A stretch of DNA of 64,000 nt, from the NCBI GenBank assembly GCA_964475465.1, contig CAYYXA010000027.1, positions 2,397 through 66,396 of the forward strand, given 5' to 3'. The notes beneath the pieces were generated by a model, which did not search any database, was not told the DNA's origin, and saw nothing but the letters and a program-made list of their open reading frames with translations. Shown piece after piece: positions 9,965-18,733 of the stretch. Within the stretch, counting starts at the first letter, position 1. Every line of letters begins with the position of its first letter. A program made the translations under genes and the position numbers. The stretch is from an uncultured Brevinematales bacterium (GTDB lineage: Bacteria > Spirochaetota > Brevinematia > DTOW01).

Positions 9965-11265
9965 CTTCCGTAAATATCTGAAAATCTAACTATGTCATCC
10001 TCGCTTATGTACTCACCTATCTGTATCTCTATTATCTCCAGAGGTATCTTACCTGGATTCTCTAACCTGTGTTTTGCCGTTTTAGGTATAAATGTGCTTT
10101 CATTCTCCTTGAGAAATAAAACTTTATCATCAATCGTAACTTTAGCAGTTCCCCTTACAACAACCCAATGTTCGCTCCTATGATAATGCAATTGCAAGCT
10201 CAAACTTTCACCAGGATTAACAACTATCTTCTTTATCTGATAGTTCAGCCCTCTATCTATGACTGTATAGCTCCCCCACGGTCTATAAGAAGTAACACCT
10301 GCATCGAGTTCCTCCCTCCCCTCAAGCAACTTAAGAATATTTTTATTGCCAGGCGAATTAGTACAAACATAAACAACATCTGGAGTTTCTATAATATTAA
10401 CCCCCGAAACTCCATTAACCACTATAAGCCTCTTAGTAGAAACTATCAAAGAATCCTTTGTATCATTAATAACGACATCACCACTTAAACTATTACCTTT
10501 ATCATCATTTCTAACGACGCTAGTAATGTCAGAAATATCATCTATATCCAAAACCTCAGCACCCAAGTCATAAACCAAAACACTGTCCTTCACTTTACTA
10601 ACGAACATTTCAAAACTCTGTCCCTCATAACCAGCAGAATCATATAAACTTTCTAAAGACATACCAAAAGTTTTTTGTAACATTTTAACCAAATCCTTAA
10701 ATCTCACAACATATATTCCCAAATTACCCAGATTAGAATCTTTGTCAAATCCATCAAACTCAAAAAACTCATCTTCAAATTTCTTACCTAACCTAACATA
10801 ATCTCTAACTTTTATAGCCTTACTAGAAACTGTACATAAAACCTTATCAAAATAAAAGTCTCTAACCAAATCAAAAAACTTCTCTAACTCCCTTGAATAA
10901 TCCCCTCTCCAAACTTGATCAGAATTGACAAAAACCAAAACTTCATTTTCATTAACTTCGTTTTTGATAAGCTCTATCAACGAAAAAACAATTGCCAAGA
11001 AGGCACCTTTAGGCTCAGGCTCAATAATTTCATTTAGTCTTCTGGAACCAAAAACTTCAATAACTTGGGATCTGACGAAAAACTTATACTCATCTGGAAA
11101 AACTAAAAAAATATCCTCCCAAGGAATAAACCTAGAAAACCTCAACAAAGTTTCTTGAAAAAGTGATCTCTCAAATATAATTTTACTAAACTGCTTAGGT
11201 AAATTTTTGCGAGAGATAGGCCAAAGATTCTCGCCCCTACCACCACAAAGAACAATAACCTTCAT
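9961..11265 (-). CDS. Mannose-1-phosphate guanylyltransferase / mannose-6-phosphate isomerase type 2 (nucleotidyltransferase plus C-terminal cupin)
   Basis: The N-terminus LCGGRGENLWPISR is the G-G-x-G-x-R nucleotidyl transferase loop. The C-terminal cupin PWGSYTVIDRG...HYHRSEHWVVVRGTAKV is typical of the ManC/type II PMI family. A 4-nt overlap with plsC suggests an operon. Confidence 0.7.
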   Translation of the reverse strand: MKVIVLCGGRGENLWPISRKNLPKQFSKIIFERSLFQETLLRFSRFIPWEDIFLVFPDEYKFFVRSQVIEVFGSRRLNEIIEPEPKGAFLAIVFSLIELIKNEVNENEVLVFVNSDQVWRGDYSRELEKFFDLVRDFYFDKVLCTVSSKAIKVRDYVRLGKKFEDEFFEFDGFDKDSNLGNLGIYVVRFKDLVKMLQKTFGMSLESLYDSAGYEGQSFEMFVSKVKDSVLVYDLGAEVLDIDDISDITSVVRNDDKGNSLSGDVVINDTKDSLIVSTKRLIVVNGVSGVNIIETPDVVYVCTNSPGNKNILKLLEGREELDAGVTSYRPWGSYTVIDRGLNYQIKKIVVNPGESLSLQLHYHRSEHWVVVRGTAKVTIDDKVLFLKENESTFIPKTAKHRLENPGKIPLEIIEIQIGEYISEDDIVRFSDIYGR

Positions 11266-11475
11266 GTTTCTATTCTAATCAATTCAAAAAAACCCTTTCA
11301 AACACAAAAGATTTTGCCAAAAACTCAATAGGTAAATAAAGTCCTGTTAAAGCACAAGTACTAAAGTAGCTAACCAGATACGTAAAAGTGCAAATCATGA
11401 ACTCCTCATATGAAAGAAAAACAAAAAATCAGTTTCTAATTGCAACTCATGCTTAGTATAAATTAAAATCGATTT

Positions 11476-12099
11476 ATGAATTATGCTTGGGATATAACAT
11501 TTATTATCATCTCGTTTTTCCTAGGATCAATACCTTTTGGCAAGATAATAGCAAACTTTAAAGGAGTTGATATAACAAAGGTCGGAAGTGGAAATATAGG
11601 CGCTACGAACGTCTTTAGAAGTGTTGGCAAATTCTGGGGTATAATAGTACTCATACTCGATGCTTTAAAAGGTATGATACCTACATACCTAACTTTAGTA
11701 CTAAGTAAAACAATTCCCTTTTTCTTACCAGAACCGTACGTATTCGTAGGAATAGCAGCAATACTAGGTCACATGTTTTCGCCATTCATGAGGTTCGAGG
11801 GCGGCAAAGGGGTAGCCACCTCTTTAGGCGTTTTCTTAATACTTACACCAATAGGTACAGTAATAGGAGTTGCCGTCTTCACTTTGCTACTAATAGTATT
11901 CAGGATAGTCTCCATAAGCTCAATAGCAGCAACCATAGCTGTATTCGCTTATGTATTGATTGATTCAATATCAAAATCAAACCTTCAGAATTCTTACATT
12001 CTTATTTCCACAACATTCATAATTATGGTACTTATAATAGTAAGGCACTTACCAAACTTCAAGAGACTCATGAAAGGAGAAGAAAAGAAAATAATCTAA
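11476..12099 (+). CDS. plsY: Glycerol-3-phosphate acyltransferase (acyl-phosphate dependent)
   Basis: [28 protein letters not shown] is the PlsY signature. The protein is polytopic membrane. Confidence 0.9.
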   Translation: MNYAWDITFIIISFFLGSIPFGKIIANFKGVDITKVGSGNIGATNVFRSVGKFWGIIVLILDALKGMIPTYLTLVLSKTIPFFLPEPYVFVGIAAILGHMFSPFMRFEGGKGVATSLGVFLILTPIGTVIGVAVFTLLLIVFRIVSISSIAATIAVFAYVLIDSISKSNLQNSYILISTTFIIMVLIIVRHLPNFKRLMKGEEKKII

Positions 12100-12101
12100 A
12101 T

Positions 12102-12623
12102 CTAATATGCATATATTCCTCTCCTATTTGCTTTAGCTTCGGCTTCGGCACTTCTTATAATAGAGGAATATTTACCGAAAGCTGGTAACATATAAGGCCT
12201 AGCTAACCCCTTTCTCACCATGTGAGCATTAACAAGAGTATCACCCAACCAAACCCATCCCAAATTTCTACCATATCTATCTGTTTTAACTATTTCAACC
12301 CTGACAACCTTACCATAAACAAGTCTACGCATTTCTCTTTTTGCTTCCTGCCCAAGTTCCAACAATCTACTCGGGGGAACATTTATAAATACGTTAAACT
12401 CATTATTTACATAAGGCTTTGATATATCCCTTTTAAACTTAGCGTTCCTGCTTGATTCTGGTGCATCTATCCCCATAAGTCTTATCTTATAAATGTACCT
12501 CCCAGAAGCAACACTTATAGTATCACCATCTGAAACCTTAACAACCCTACCTTCTATGGTAATAGCACTCAGACTTAAAGCAAAAAAGAAAAACAGAAAT
12601 ATACTCAAAATAGCTAATCTCAT
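12102..12623 (-). CDS. Secreted thermonuclease (staphylococcal nuclease-like, SNase fold)
   Basis: Signal peptide followed by VVKVSDGDTISV...RLMGIDAPES...YGR...NAHMVRKGLA, the SNase catalytic motifs. Confidence 0.75.
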   Translation of the reverse strand: MRLAILSIFLFFFFALSLSAITIEGRVVKVSDGDTISVASGRYIYKIRLMGIDAPESSRNAKFKRDISKPYVNNEFNVFINVPPSRLLELGQEAKREMRRLVYGKVVRVEIVKTDRYGRNLGWVWLGDTLVNAHMVRKGLARPYMLPAFGKYSSIIRSAEAEAKANRRGIYAY

Positions 12624-12812
12624 ACTAAATCATTATTAAAAAGCCATTATCAGAATTTCAAAATACTAATGGTCACCTCCAAGTTTTTCGGAAAGGTATT
12701 AATTACTTTACGAAGCTTAGTGCTAACTTCAGTATAGCAAAGTAGAAAGATGTATGGGAAATAAACTTTACGTTCACTTGACTTTATCCTGATCATTTCC
12801 TAAGCTTCAATC

Positions 12813-12956
12813 ATGAGTGACAAAGAAATTAAACTTGACGAAGAAATACAAAGATGTTACATAGAGGGATGGTATGGAATCGATGATGATTGTGAGTGTG
12901 ACGAGCCTGACAACAGTACCTTTCGATATGGTTCAGATGATATAAAAGACAACTAG
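12813..12956 (+). CDS. Candidate small ORF (47 aa, acidic, 3 Cys) in a GC-richer intergenic island; uncertain
   Basis: ATG at 12813 and TAG at 12954 give MSDKEIKLDEEIQRCYIEGWYGIDDDCECDEPDNSTFRYGSDDIKDN. There is no clear Shine-Dalgarno site. It falls below the 60-aa cutoff of the supplied ORF track. Confidence 0.2.
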   Translation: MSDKEIKLDEEIQRCYIEGWYGIDDDCECDEPDNSTFRYGSDDIKDN

Positions 12957-13116
12957 AAGTTATACGTACGATCAGCAGGGATATAAGAACCCTATCCAAG
13001 TAGATTGAGATGACGAGAAAGAAATTAGGGGAAATGGAAACTTCAAAGAAAAGGATTTTTATAACAACCTCTAACTCCATTTGAAAGAAGAATACAAAGG
13101 CAATCAAAATTATCTT

Positions 13117-13686
13117 ATGCTTTCCGAAAAAGAGAAAAAAGAAATTCTAAAATTAGCAAGGTTGGCAATCGAAAGTATTTTCAAAAAGGAACTCATACCT
13201 GAACTGTCAAAACGAAAGAAAATTGTGAAAGATTTCGAAATCAGGAGTGGTGTATTCGTAACGATAACCAAAAGAGGAGCCTTAAGAGGTTGTATAGGGT
13301 ACATTCTGCCAGTAAGGGAATTTGAGGACTTAGTCGTTGATGCTGCTATATCAGCAGCAATGAGAGATCCAAGGTTTGATCCACTAACAGAAGAGGAATT
13401 AAACGAAATTGAAATTGAGGTTTCCGTACTCTCAGAACCAAAAAAAATAGAAAGTATATCAGAAATAGAAGTAGGTAAACACGGATTAATAGTTAGAAGG
13501 GGACCGTTCCAAGGTTTACTACTACCACAAGTAGCCACTGAATACAATTGGGACAAGCTAACTTTCCTAAGACAAACTTGTATAAAAGCAGGACTATCAC
13601 CAGATGACTGGAAAAAAGAAGACACGGAAATATATACATTCACAGCTGAAGTATTCAGTGAAAGAGAATTAAACAGTAATGAATGA
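13117..13686 (+). CDS. AMMECR1-domain protein (AmmeMemoRadiSam system protein A-like)
   Basis: RSGVFVTITKRGALRGCIGYILP is the AMMECR1 core motif. I prefer the ATG at 13117, because the track start at 13081 is a TTG. Its 3' end overlaps folK by 8 nt. Confidence 0.7.
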   Translation: MLSEKEKKEILKLARLAIESIFKKELIPELSKRKKIVKDFEIRSGVFVTITKRGALRGCIGYILPVREFEDLVVDAAISAAMRDPRFDPLTEEELNEIEIEVSVLSEPKKIESISEIEVGKHGLIVRRGPFQGLLLPQVATEYNWDKLTFLRQTCIKAGLSPDDWKKEDTEIYTFTAEVFSERELNSNE

Positions 13687-14155
13687 GTACGTTGTTCTAT
13701 CTCTCGGTAGTAACATTGAGCCAAGAAAAGAACACCTACTACTGGCACTAAAAGAATTAGAAAAGCACATAAGAATAGAAAAAATCTCCAGAATCTACGA
13801 AACAAAACCTGTAGGTTTCGAAAAACAAAGCAATTTTCTAAACCTTATCGTAATAGGTGACACAAAGCTAACTCCTCAAGAACTCTTAAGGAAAATAAAA
13901 GAAATAGAAACAAAGATAGGTAGAAAAAAAAGATTCAGATGGGGACCAAGGGAAATAGACATTGACATAATCTACTTCAAAGATGAAGTAGTAGAAGAAG
14001 AAAACCTGATAATTCCACATCCAGAGAGATTAAGAAGGAATTTCGTCATAATACCACTACTCGAACTCATGCCTGAATTTATCGACATCCAAACGAGAAG
14101 GCCAATAAAGGAGTTTATTCAACAAAACCAAGAAGTAAAACCATATTCTAGTTAA
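13679..14155 (+). CDS. folK: 2-amino-4-hydroxy-6-hydroxymethyldihydropteridine pyrophosphokinase (HPPK)
   Basis: VVLSLGSNIEPR...RWGPREIDIDII...PHPERLRRNFVIIPLLEL are HPPK signatures. Confidence 0.85.
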   Translation: MNEYVVLSLGSNIEPRKEHLLLALKELEKHIRIEKISRIYETKPVGFEKQSNFLNLIVIGDTKLTPQELLRKIKEIETKIGRKKRFRWGPREIDIDIIYFKDEVVEEENLIIPHPERLRRNFVIIPLLELMPEFIDIQTRRPIKEFIQQNQEVKPYSS

Positions 14156-14891
14156 CCTCAAAAACGTTCACAGTATTACCAAACTTATCATGAACGGTAT
14201 TATAATTAAGAGGGTCAGGCACTATCTCATCATCAACAATGAAATAGTAGTAATGTGTCCCTTTTGGCAGGCTAATGGTTATTCTCCACACTCCACCTTT
14301 GTACCTCGTCATCTCATATTGATAAGGATTCCAGTTATTAAAACTCCCTACTAGTATCACCCTAGAAGCTCTAAGATCTTTGTAAACAAATTCATAAAGG
14401 TTTCCATGTATCCTTCTAGGATTACTCTTAAAAACCTCAAAATCCTTATCAAGCTTAAGTAGCGAATAGAAACCACCTCTGCCATCAGGCTTGATAACAG
14501 AATTCAAAGGATCAGAAACAAAAATATCATCTATAACCAATTTATACCTATACTCTCCCATCGGCAGATCTTCAGTCCAAACATAATACCATAACCTAAG
14601 CTTCTCTTCATAGACCATTCTTCTTTTCTCCCAGCGGGTAAAATCACCTATAATCTCAACCTTTTTAGCCTTGTTAGTAACAATAAAAAGTATATAATCA
14701 TCAGCAACCAAAGGCGAGACAAAATAATTTGTATACTCATCAAGACGAATATTCAACTTCTTTGCTCCCCCAACTACTTCTTCAGTAGATCTAGTTGAAA
14801 TTCCTTCTCCACCTTTACCTTCAGAAGCACCATAAGAAAGGTAACTAAAAACAACAAAGAAAACCAGAAAAAACAACTTGCTTCGCTTCAT
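14148..14891 (-). CDS. Secreted protein with two tandem CBM48 / AMPK-beta glycogen-binding-like modules and no catalytic domain
   Basis: A signal peptide (MKRSKLFFLVFFVV) is followed by two repeats carrying the GDFTRW / GSFNNW ... Y(R)YK(F)IVDD..V.DPLN pattern of the carbohydrate-binding module 48 / E-set. Confidence 0.6.
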   Translation of the reverse strand: MKRSKLFFLVFFVVFSYLSYGASEGKGGEGISTRSTEEVVGGAKKLNIRLDEYTNYFVSPLVADDYILFIVTNKAKKVEIIGDFTRWEKRRMVYEEKLRLWYYVWTEDLPMGEYRYKLVIDDIFVSDPLNSVIKPDGRGGFYSLLKLDKDFEVFKSNPRRIHGNLYEFVYKDLRASRVILVGSFNNWNPYQYEMTRYKGGVWRITISLPKGTHYYYFIVDDEIVPDPLNYNTVHDKFGNTVNVFEVN

Positions 14892-15194
14892 ACTTTTATA
14901 ATTATACGAAAATAACAAAAATATTTAAAAAATAACAAAACACATGAACCTCTGTCTCCATCATTTTACAGGAAACCTCTATTAGTTCCAACCTATTATG
15001 TCAGAGATAAACCAACTTTCTTAAAGCTCAATCTCATGAAAAGGTAAATATCACACATTCACAAGTGCTTTTAGCACACTATCAATATAGGACCACAAAT
15101 GCAAAATTAAAATATCCTAACTCCCAAAATAGAAAATGTCCGCTAGGAAATACAATAATTCTAGGTAATAGTAGTAGTAAAAAAAATTTTTAAA

Positions 15195-15211
15195 GGAGTG
15201 CTCGGCACTCC
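15195..15211 (-). terminator. Intrinsic terminator after the c-subunit-like gene
   Basis: GGAGTGC-TCG-GCACTCC forms a 7-bp stem. On the minus strand it is followed by TTTAAAAATTTTTTTT. Confidence 0.6.
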
Positions 15212-15220
15212 CTTTAGATG

Positions 15221-15658
15221 TTATATAACGAACATTATCAATATTGCTATAGCTATACCGTAGATAGCTATTCCTTCTGCCAAACCTATAAAGATCAAGC
15301 TAGTACCAAGCATTTCAGGCTTTTCAGCTATAACAGATATAGCAGAAACACCAATAGGTCCAACAGCAATACCAGCACCAATAGCTGCAATGCCAACAGC
15401 CAAAGCAGCACCAACATACTTAAGCCCCAACGCTATAGGATCAGCCTTCTGTGCTTGATGCTCAGCAGAAGCTACCTCCTGAGCAAAAACATTTGATGAG
15501 AATAGTCCTAAAACAACAAAACTTAAAACAAGCACAAAAGTACCTAATATAACAGCCTTCTTAACAGATTCCTTCTTTCTGGAAGCAATAGCTCTGAATA
15601 GAATAAAGAAGTAGACAGCACCAGCCACAAGAGTCAAAATTCCCGCTATTATCCCCAT
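15221..15658 (-). CDS. F-type ATP synthase c-subunit-like proteolipid with an N-terminal two-helix extension; stand-alone
   Basis: The C-terminal 85 aa read GAALAVGIAAIGAGIAVGPIGVSAISVIAEKPEMLGTSLIFIGLAEGIAIYGIAIAIL. This is the Gly-rich helix 1, the ARQPE-like loop (AEKPEM), and helix 2 with the conserved carboxylate (LAEG). It is preceded by about 60 aa carrying two more hydrophobic helices. No other atp genes lie nearby. Confidence 0.6.
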   Translation of the reverse strand: MGIIAGILTLVAGAVYFFILFRAIASRKKESVKKAVILGTFVLVLSFVVLGLFSSNVFAQEVASAEHQAQKADPIALGLKYVGAALAVGIAAIGAGIAVGPIGVSAISVIAEKPEMLGTSLIFIGLAEGIAIYGIAIAILIMFVI

Positions 15659-15881
15659 TTTGCCCTCCTTAAGTTTAACATTATTGTAAGGTAATTAATT
15701 ATTTTTTTTCTAGTAAAAAAATTCAATGTGCTATAACTCATTGAAAAAGCCTAGCCTCGAAAAAGCTTAGCATCTACCCGATTTCAAAAATACGAGAACT
15801 ACGAGATGAAATAAATCACTTCAGCATAAAATACATTGAAAGAATAACCTCAACTTGATAATAATTTATTAAGGGGATTGG

Positions 15882-17081
15882 ATGAAAATCGTTTTAGCCT
15901 ATTCCGGGGGACTAGACACCTCAGTTATTCTAAGCTACCTAAAGGAAAGATTCAACGCTGAAATAATTGCTTTCGTTGCCAACCTTGGGCAAAATGAAGA
16001 CTTCGAAAAGATAAAAGAAAAAGCCCTGAAAACTGGAGCCTCAAAGGTATACATCGAAGATCTCCGAGAGGAATTCGTAGAAGATGTCGTTTGGCGAGTA
16101 CTTAAGGCAGGAGCAAAATACGAAAACTACCTCCTCGGCACCTCAATGGCAAGACCAATAATAGCAAAAAGGCAAGTCGAGATAGCAATAAAGGAAAACG
16201 CTGATGCAGTGGCACATGGTGCCACTGGTAAAGGAAACGATCAAGTAAGGTTCGAACTAACGTACAAAGCACTAGCTCCTCATCTAAAAATAATCTCTCC
16301 ATGGAAAGATGATGAATTCTTGACAAGATTCAAAGGCAGAAACGACATGATAGAGTATGCAAAAGGAAAAGGAATACCAATTGAAGTAAGTATAGAAAAA
16401 CCTTACAGCATGGATCCTAACTTAGTTCACATAAGCTATGAAGGAGGAATCCTAGAAGACCCAACGAATCCATACGACGAAGAAATGTTCAAAATGACAG
16501 TATCACCAGAAAAAGCACCATCAACACCTGAAGAATTAGAGATTGAGTTCGAAAAAGGAATACCTACAAAAGTAAACGGTGAAGCGTTATTATCTTACGA
16601 ACTGCTAAAACTACTAAACGAAATTGGTGGCAGACACGGAATAGGAAGGATCGATATAGTTGAAAATAGATTAGTCGGAATAAAATCCAGAGGTGTATAT
16701 GAAACACCAGGGCTAACAATACTACACTTTGCACATAACCTCCTTGAGCAACTAGCATTTGACAGAGACATCTACAGCACAAAAGAACAATTAGCAATAA
16801 AATACGGCGAACTAGTATACTACGGCAAATGGTTCCATCCATTAAGGTATGCACTTGATGACTTCTTTGATAGGATCAATAACTACCTTACCGGCAAGGT
16901 AAAACTAAAACTTTACAAAGGCAACATAATACCTCTATCAAGAGAATGCAAATACAGCATCTATGACCCGAATCTGTCTTCATTTGAAGGAGTAGAAGAA
17001 TACGACCACAGAGACGCAAAAGGATTCATAAACCTCTACGGACTACCCACAAAGATCATGGGACTAAAAAGCATGATTTAA
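15882..17081 (+). CDS. argG: Argininosuccinate synthase
   Basis: MKIVLAYSGGLDTSVIL is the PP-loop. The full ArgG length and motifs are present. Confidence 0.95.
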   Translation: MKIVLAYSGGLDTSVILSYLKERFNAEIIAFVANLGQNEDFEKIKEKALKTGASKVYIEDLREEFVEDVVWRVLKAGAKYENYLLGTSMARPIIAKRQVEIAIKENADAVAHGATGKGNDQVRFELTYKALAPHLKIISPWKDDEFLTRFKGRNDMIEYAKGKGIPIEVSIEKPYSMDPNLVHISYEGGILEDPTNPYDEEMFKMTVSPEKAPSTPEELEIEFEKGIPTKVNGEALLSYELLKLLNEIGGRHGIGRIDIVENRLVGIKSRGVYETPGLTILHFAHNLLEQLAFDRDIYSTKEQLAIKYGELVYYGKWFHPLRYALDDFFDRINNYLTGKVKLKLYKGNIIPLSRECKYSIYDPNLSSFEGVEEYDHRDAKGFINLYGLPTKIMGLKSMI

Positions 17082-17096
17082 AGAAAGAATAAAAAG

Positions 17097-18023
17097 ATGA
17101 AACACTTAATAGGTATAAAAGATTTAAGTGTATCAGAAATATCATCGATACTAGAGCTAGGCGAAATATACAGAGAGAAGCTTTTGAGGGACAAAACCAG
17201 TATTCCCAGGGATTTGAGCGGTAAAGTTGTACTAAATCTGTTTTTTGAGCCATCGACCAGAACAAGAATAAGCTTTGAGATAGCAGCAAATCTCCTAGGT
17301 GCCACAGTTGTAAATTTCTCTGAAAATGTTAGCTCAGTACAAAAAGGCGAAAGCAGGCTCGACACTCTGAAAACTATCGAAGCCATGAACGTTGACATAG
17401 CCATAGTAAGATCATCAATATCTGGGCTTCCCTACCTACTAGCAAGAGATCTCGAAAGAATAAGGATCGTAAATGCAGGAGACGGCGCACACGAACACCC
17501 ATCACAGGCATTACTAGATGCACTGACAATGAAAATTAAATTCGGAGATTTGAAAAAAGTAAGATTAGCGATAGTAGGAGACATACTCTTCAGTAGGGTA
17601 GCAAGATCAAACATACTCTTAATGAATAAGTTCGGTAATAGTGTCATGATATACGGACCAACAACGTTGGTCCCTAGAGAAATCGAAAAAATAGGTGACA
17701 TAAAGATAGCAAAAAGTTTTGATGAAGTTATAGAATACGCAAACGTGATAATGCTACTGAGAATACAAATGGAAAGACAAAATTCTTCCTTTGTACCTTC
17801 TACAAGAGAATACAAAAAATTCTGGGGAATAACAGAGGACAAACTAAGAAGATGTAACAAAGAAATACTCATAATGCACCCGGGGCCAGTCAATAGGGAC
17901 GTAGAAATAGCTTCAGATATAGTCTATTGTGACAAATCGCTAATACTCGACCAAGTGACTAGCGGTGTAGCCGTCAGAATGAGTATCCTTTACCATCTTT
18001 TTAATTCAACACCAAACTCATGA
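17097..18023 (+). CDS. pyrB: Aspartate carbamoyltransferase catalytic subunit
   Basis: FFEPSTRTRISFE carries the STRTR motif. HPSQALLD, VGDILFSRVARSN (compare B. subtilis IGDIKHSRVARSN), RIQMER and HPGP (the HPLP type, not the HCLP of ornithine carbamoyltransferase) point to PyrB rather than ArgF, despite the argG neighbour. Confidence 0.75.
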   Translation: MKHLIGIKDLSVSEISSILELGEIYREKLLRDKTSIPRDLSGKVVLNLFFEPSTRTRISFEIAANLLGATVVNFSENVSSVQKGESRLDTLKTIEAMNVDIAIVRSSISGLPYLLARDLERIRIVNAGDGAHEHPSQALLDALTMKIKFGDLKKVRLAIVGDILFSRVARSNILLMNKFGNSVMIYGPTTLVPREIEKIGDIKIAKSFDEVIEYANVIMLLRIQMERQNSSFVPSTREYKKFWGITEDKLRRCNKEILIMHPGPVNRDVEIASDIVYCDKSLILDQVTSGVAVRMSILYHLFNSTPNS

Positions 18024-18733
18024 AAAACACCCACAATATCTTGGAAACTACCAATATAAGTGATCGAAAGCCAACCGTAATTTAAAATAGCTCCTACACT
18101 CGGTAATATACCTCTGGTACTTGAAAATCCTAACTTGAAAAGAAACCAAAACCCAAACTTCTCCGAATGAGAATCAAAAGAAAAAACTTTCGCTTTTAAA
18201 GTTGAAAAAAACTCTTTTGAAACTTCACCAACGTTAACATTAGCAAAAAAGTATACATAATTCTCAAAAAGAGTATACGAAAAATCAATCAACATACTAT
18301 TGCCGTAAGGCAATAGGTAAGTAAGTATTGAAATTACATTGCTATTAATGAACCTGTATTCTAACCCAAGTATACCACCAAATTTTACATCACTGAAGTA
18401 GTAATAAAAATCATAGTTTACCTTTGCCCCAGCAATGTAAATAAACTTATCAAATCCCAGCCAATTACGATAAACCAAACTAAAACTAGAAGAATACAAG
18501 TTGACACTGCCCAAACTCTCTTTATCCTCATCAATTATCTCAAAGTTGTAAATATTCCTGAAACTGAAAAGCCCAAAAACATTTTCGCTACTCACAGAAA
18601 AAAGAAACGAATAATCATCAAAAGGCATAACAACATATTTGGACGACACCGAAAAAGAAGCAAAAGAATCACTAACTATCAAAAAAACAAATAAAACTAT
18701 TACAGGGAACTTCAATTTCCGGCAAATCATCAA
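17990..18733 (-). CDS. Hypothetical secreted beta-rich (Tyr/Phe/Ser-rich) envelope protein
   Basis: Signal peptide followed by alternating aromatic and polar beta-strand-like composition, with no recognisable family. It overlaps the pyrB 3' end convergently. Confidence 0.4.
   Translation of the reverse strand: MMICRKLKFPVIVLFVFLIVSDSFASFSVSSKYVVMPFDDYSFLFSVSSENVFGLFSFRNIYNFEIIDEDKESLGSVNLYSSSFSLVYRNWLGFDKFIYIAGAKVNYDFYYYFSDVKFGGILGLEYRFINSNVISILTYLLPYGNSMLIDFSYTLFENYVYFFANVNVGEVSKEFFSTLKAKVFSFDSHSEKFGFWFLFKLGFSSTRGILPSVGAILNYGWLSITYIGSFQDIVGVFHEFGVELKRW

Noticed and set aside
12829-13107. 92-aa minus-strand ORF in the GC-richer island
   Set aside because: Hydrophobic/His-rich nonsense-like composition, no ribosome-binding site, and overlap with the candidate forward-strand small ORF and the AMMECR1 start.
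13110-13805. 231-aa minus-strand ORF
   Set aside because: It is fully antisense to the AMMECR1 and folK genes, both of which have diagnostic motifs.
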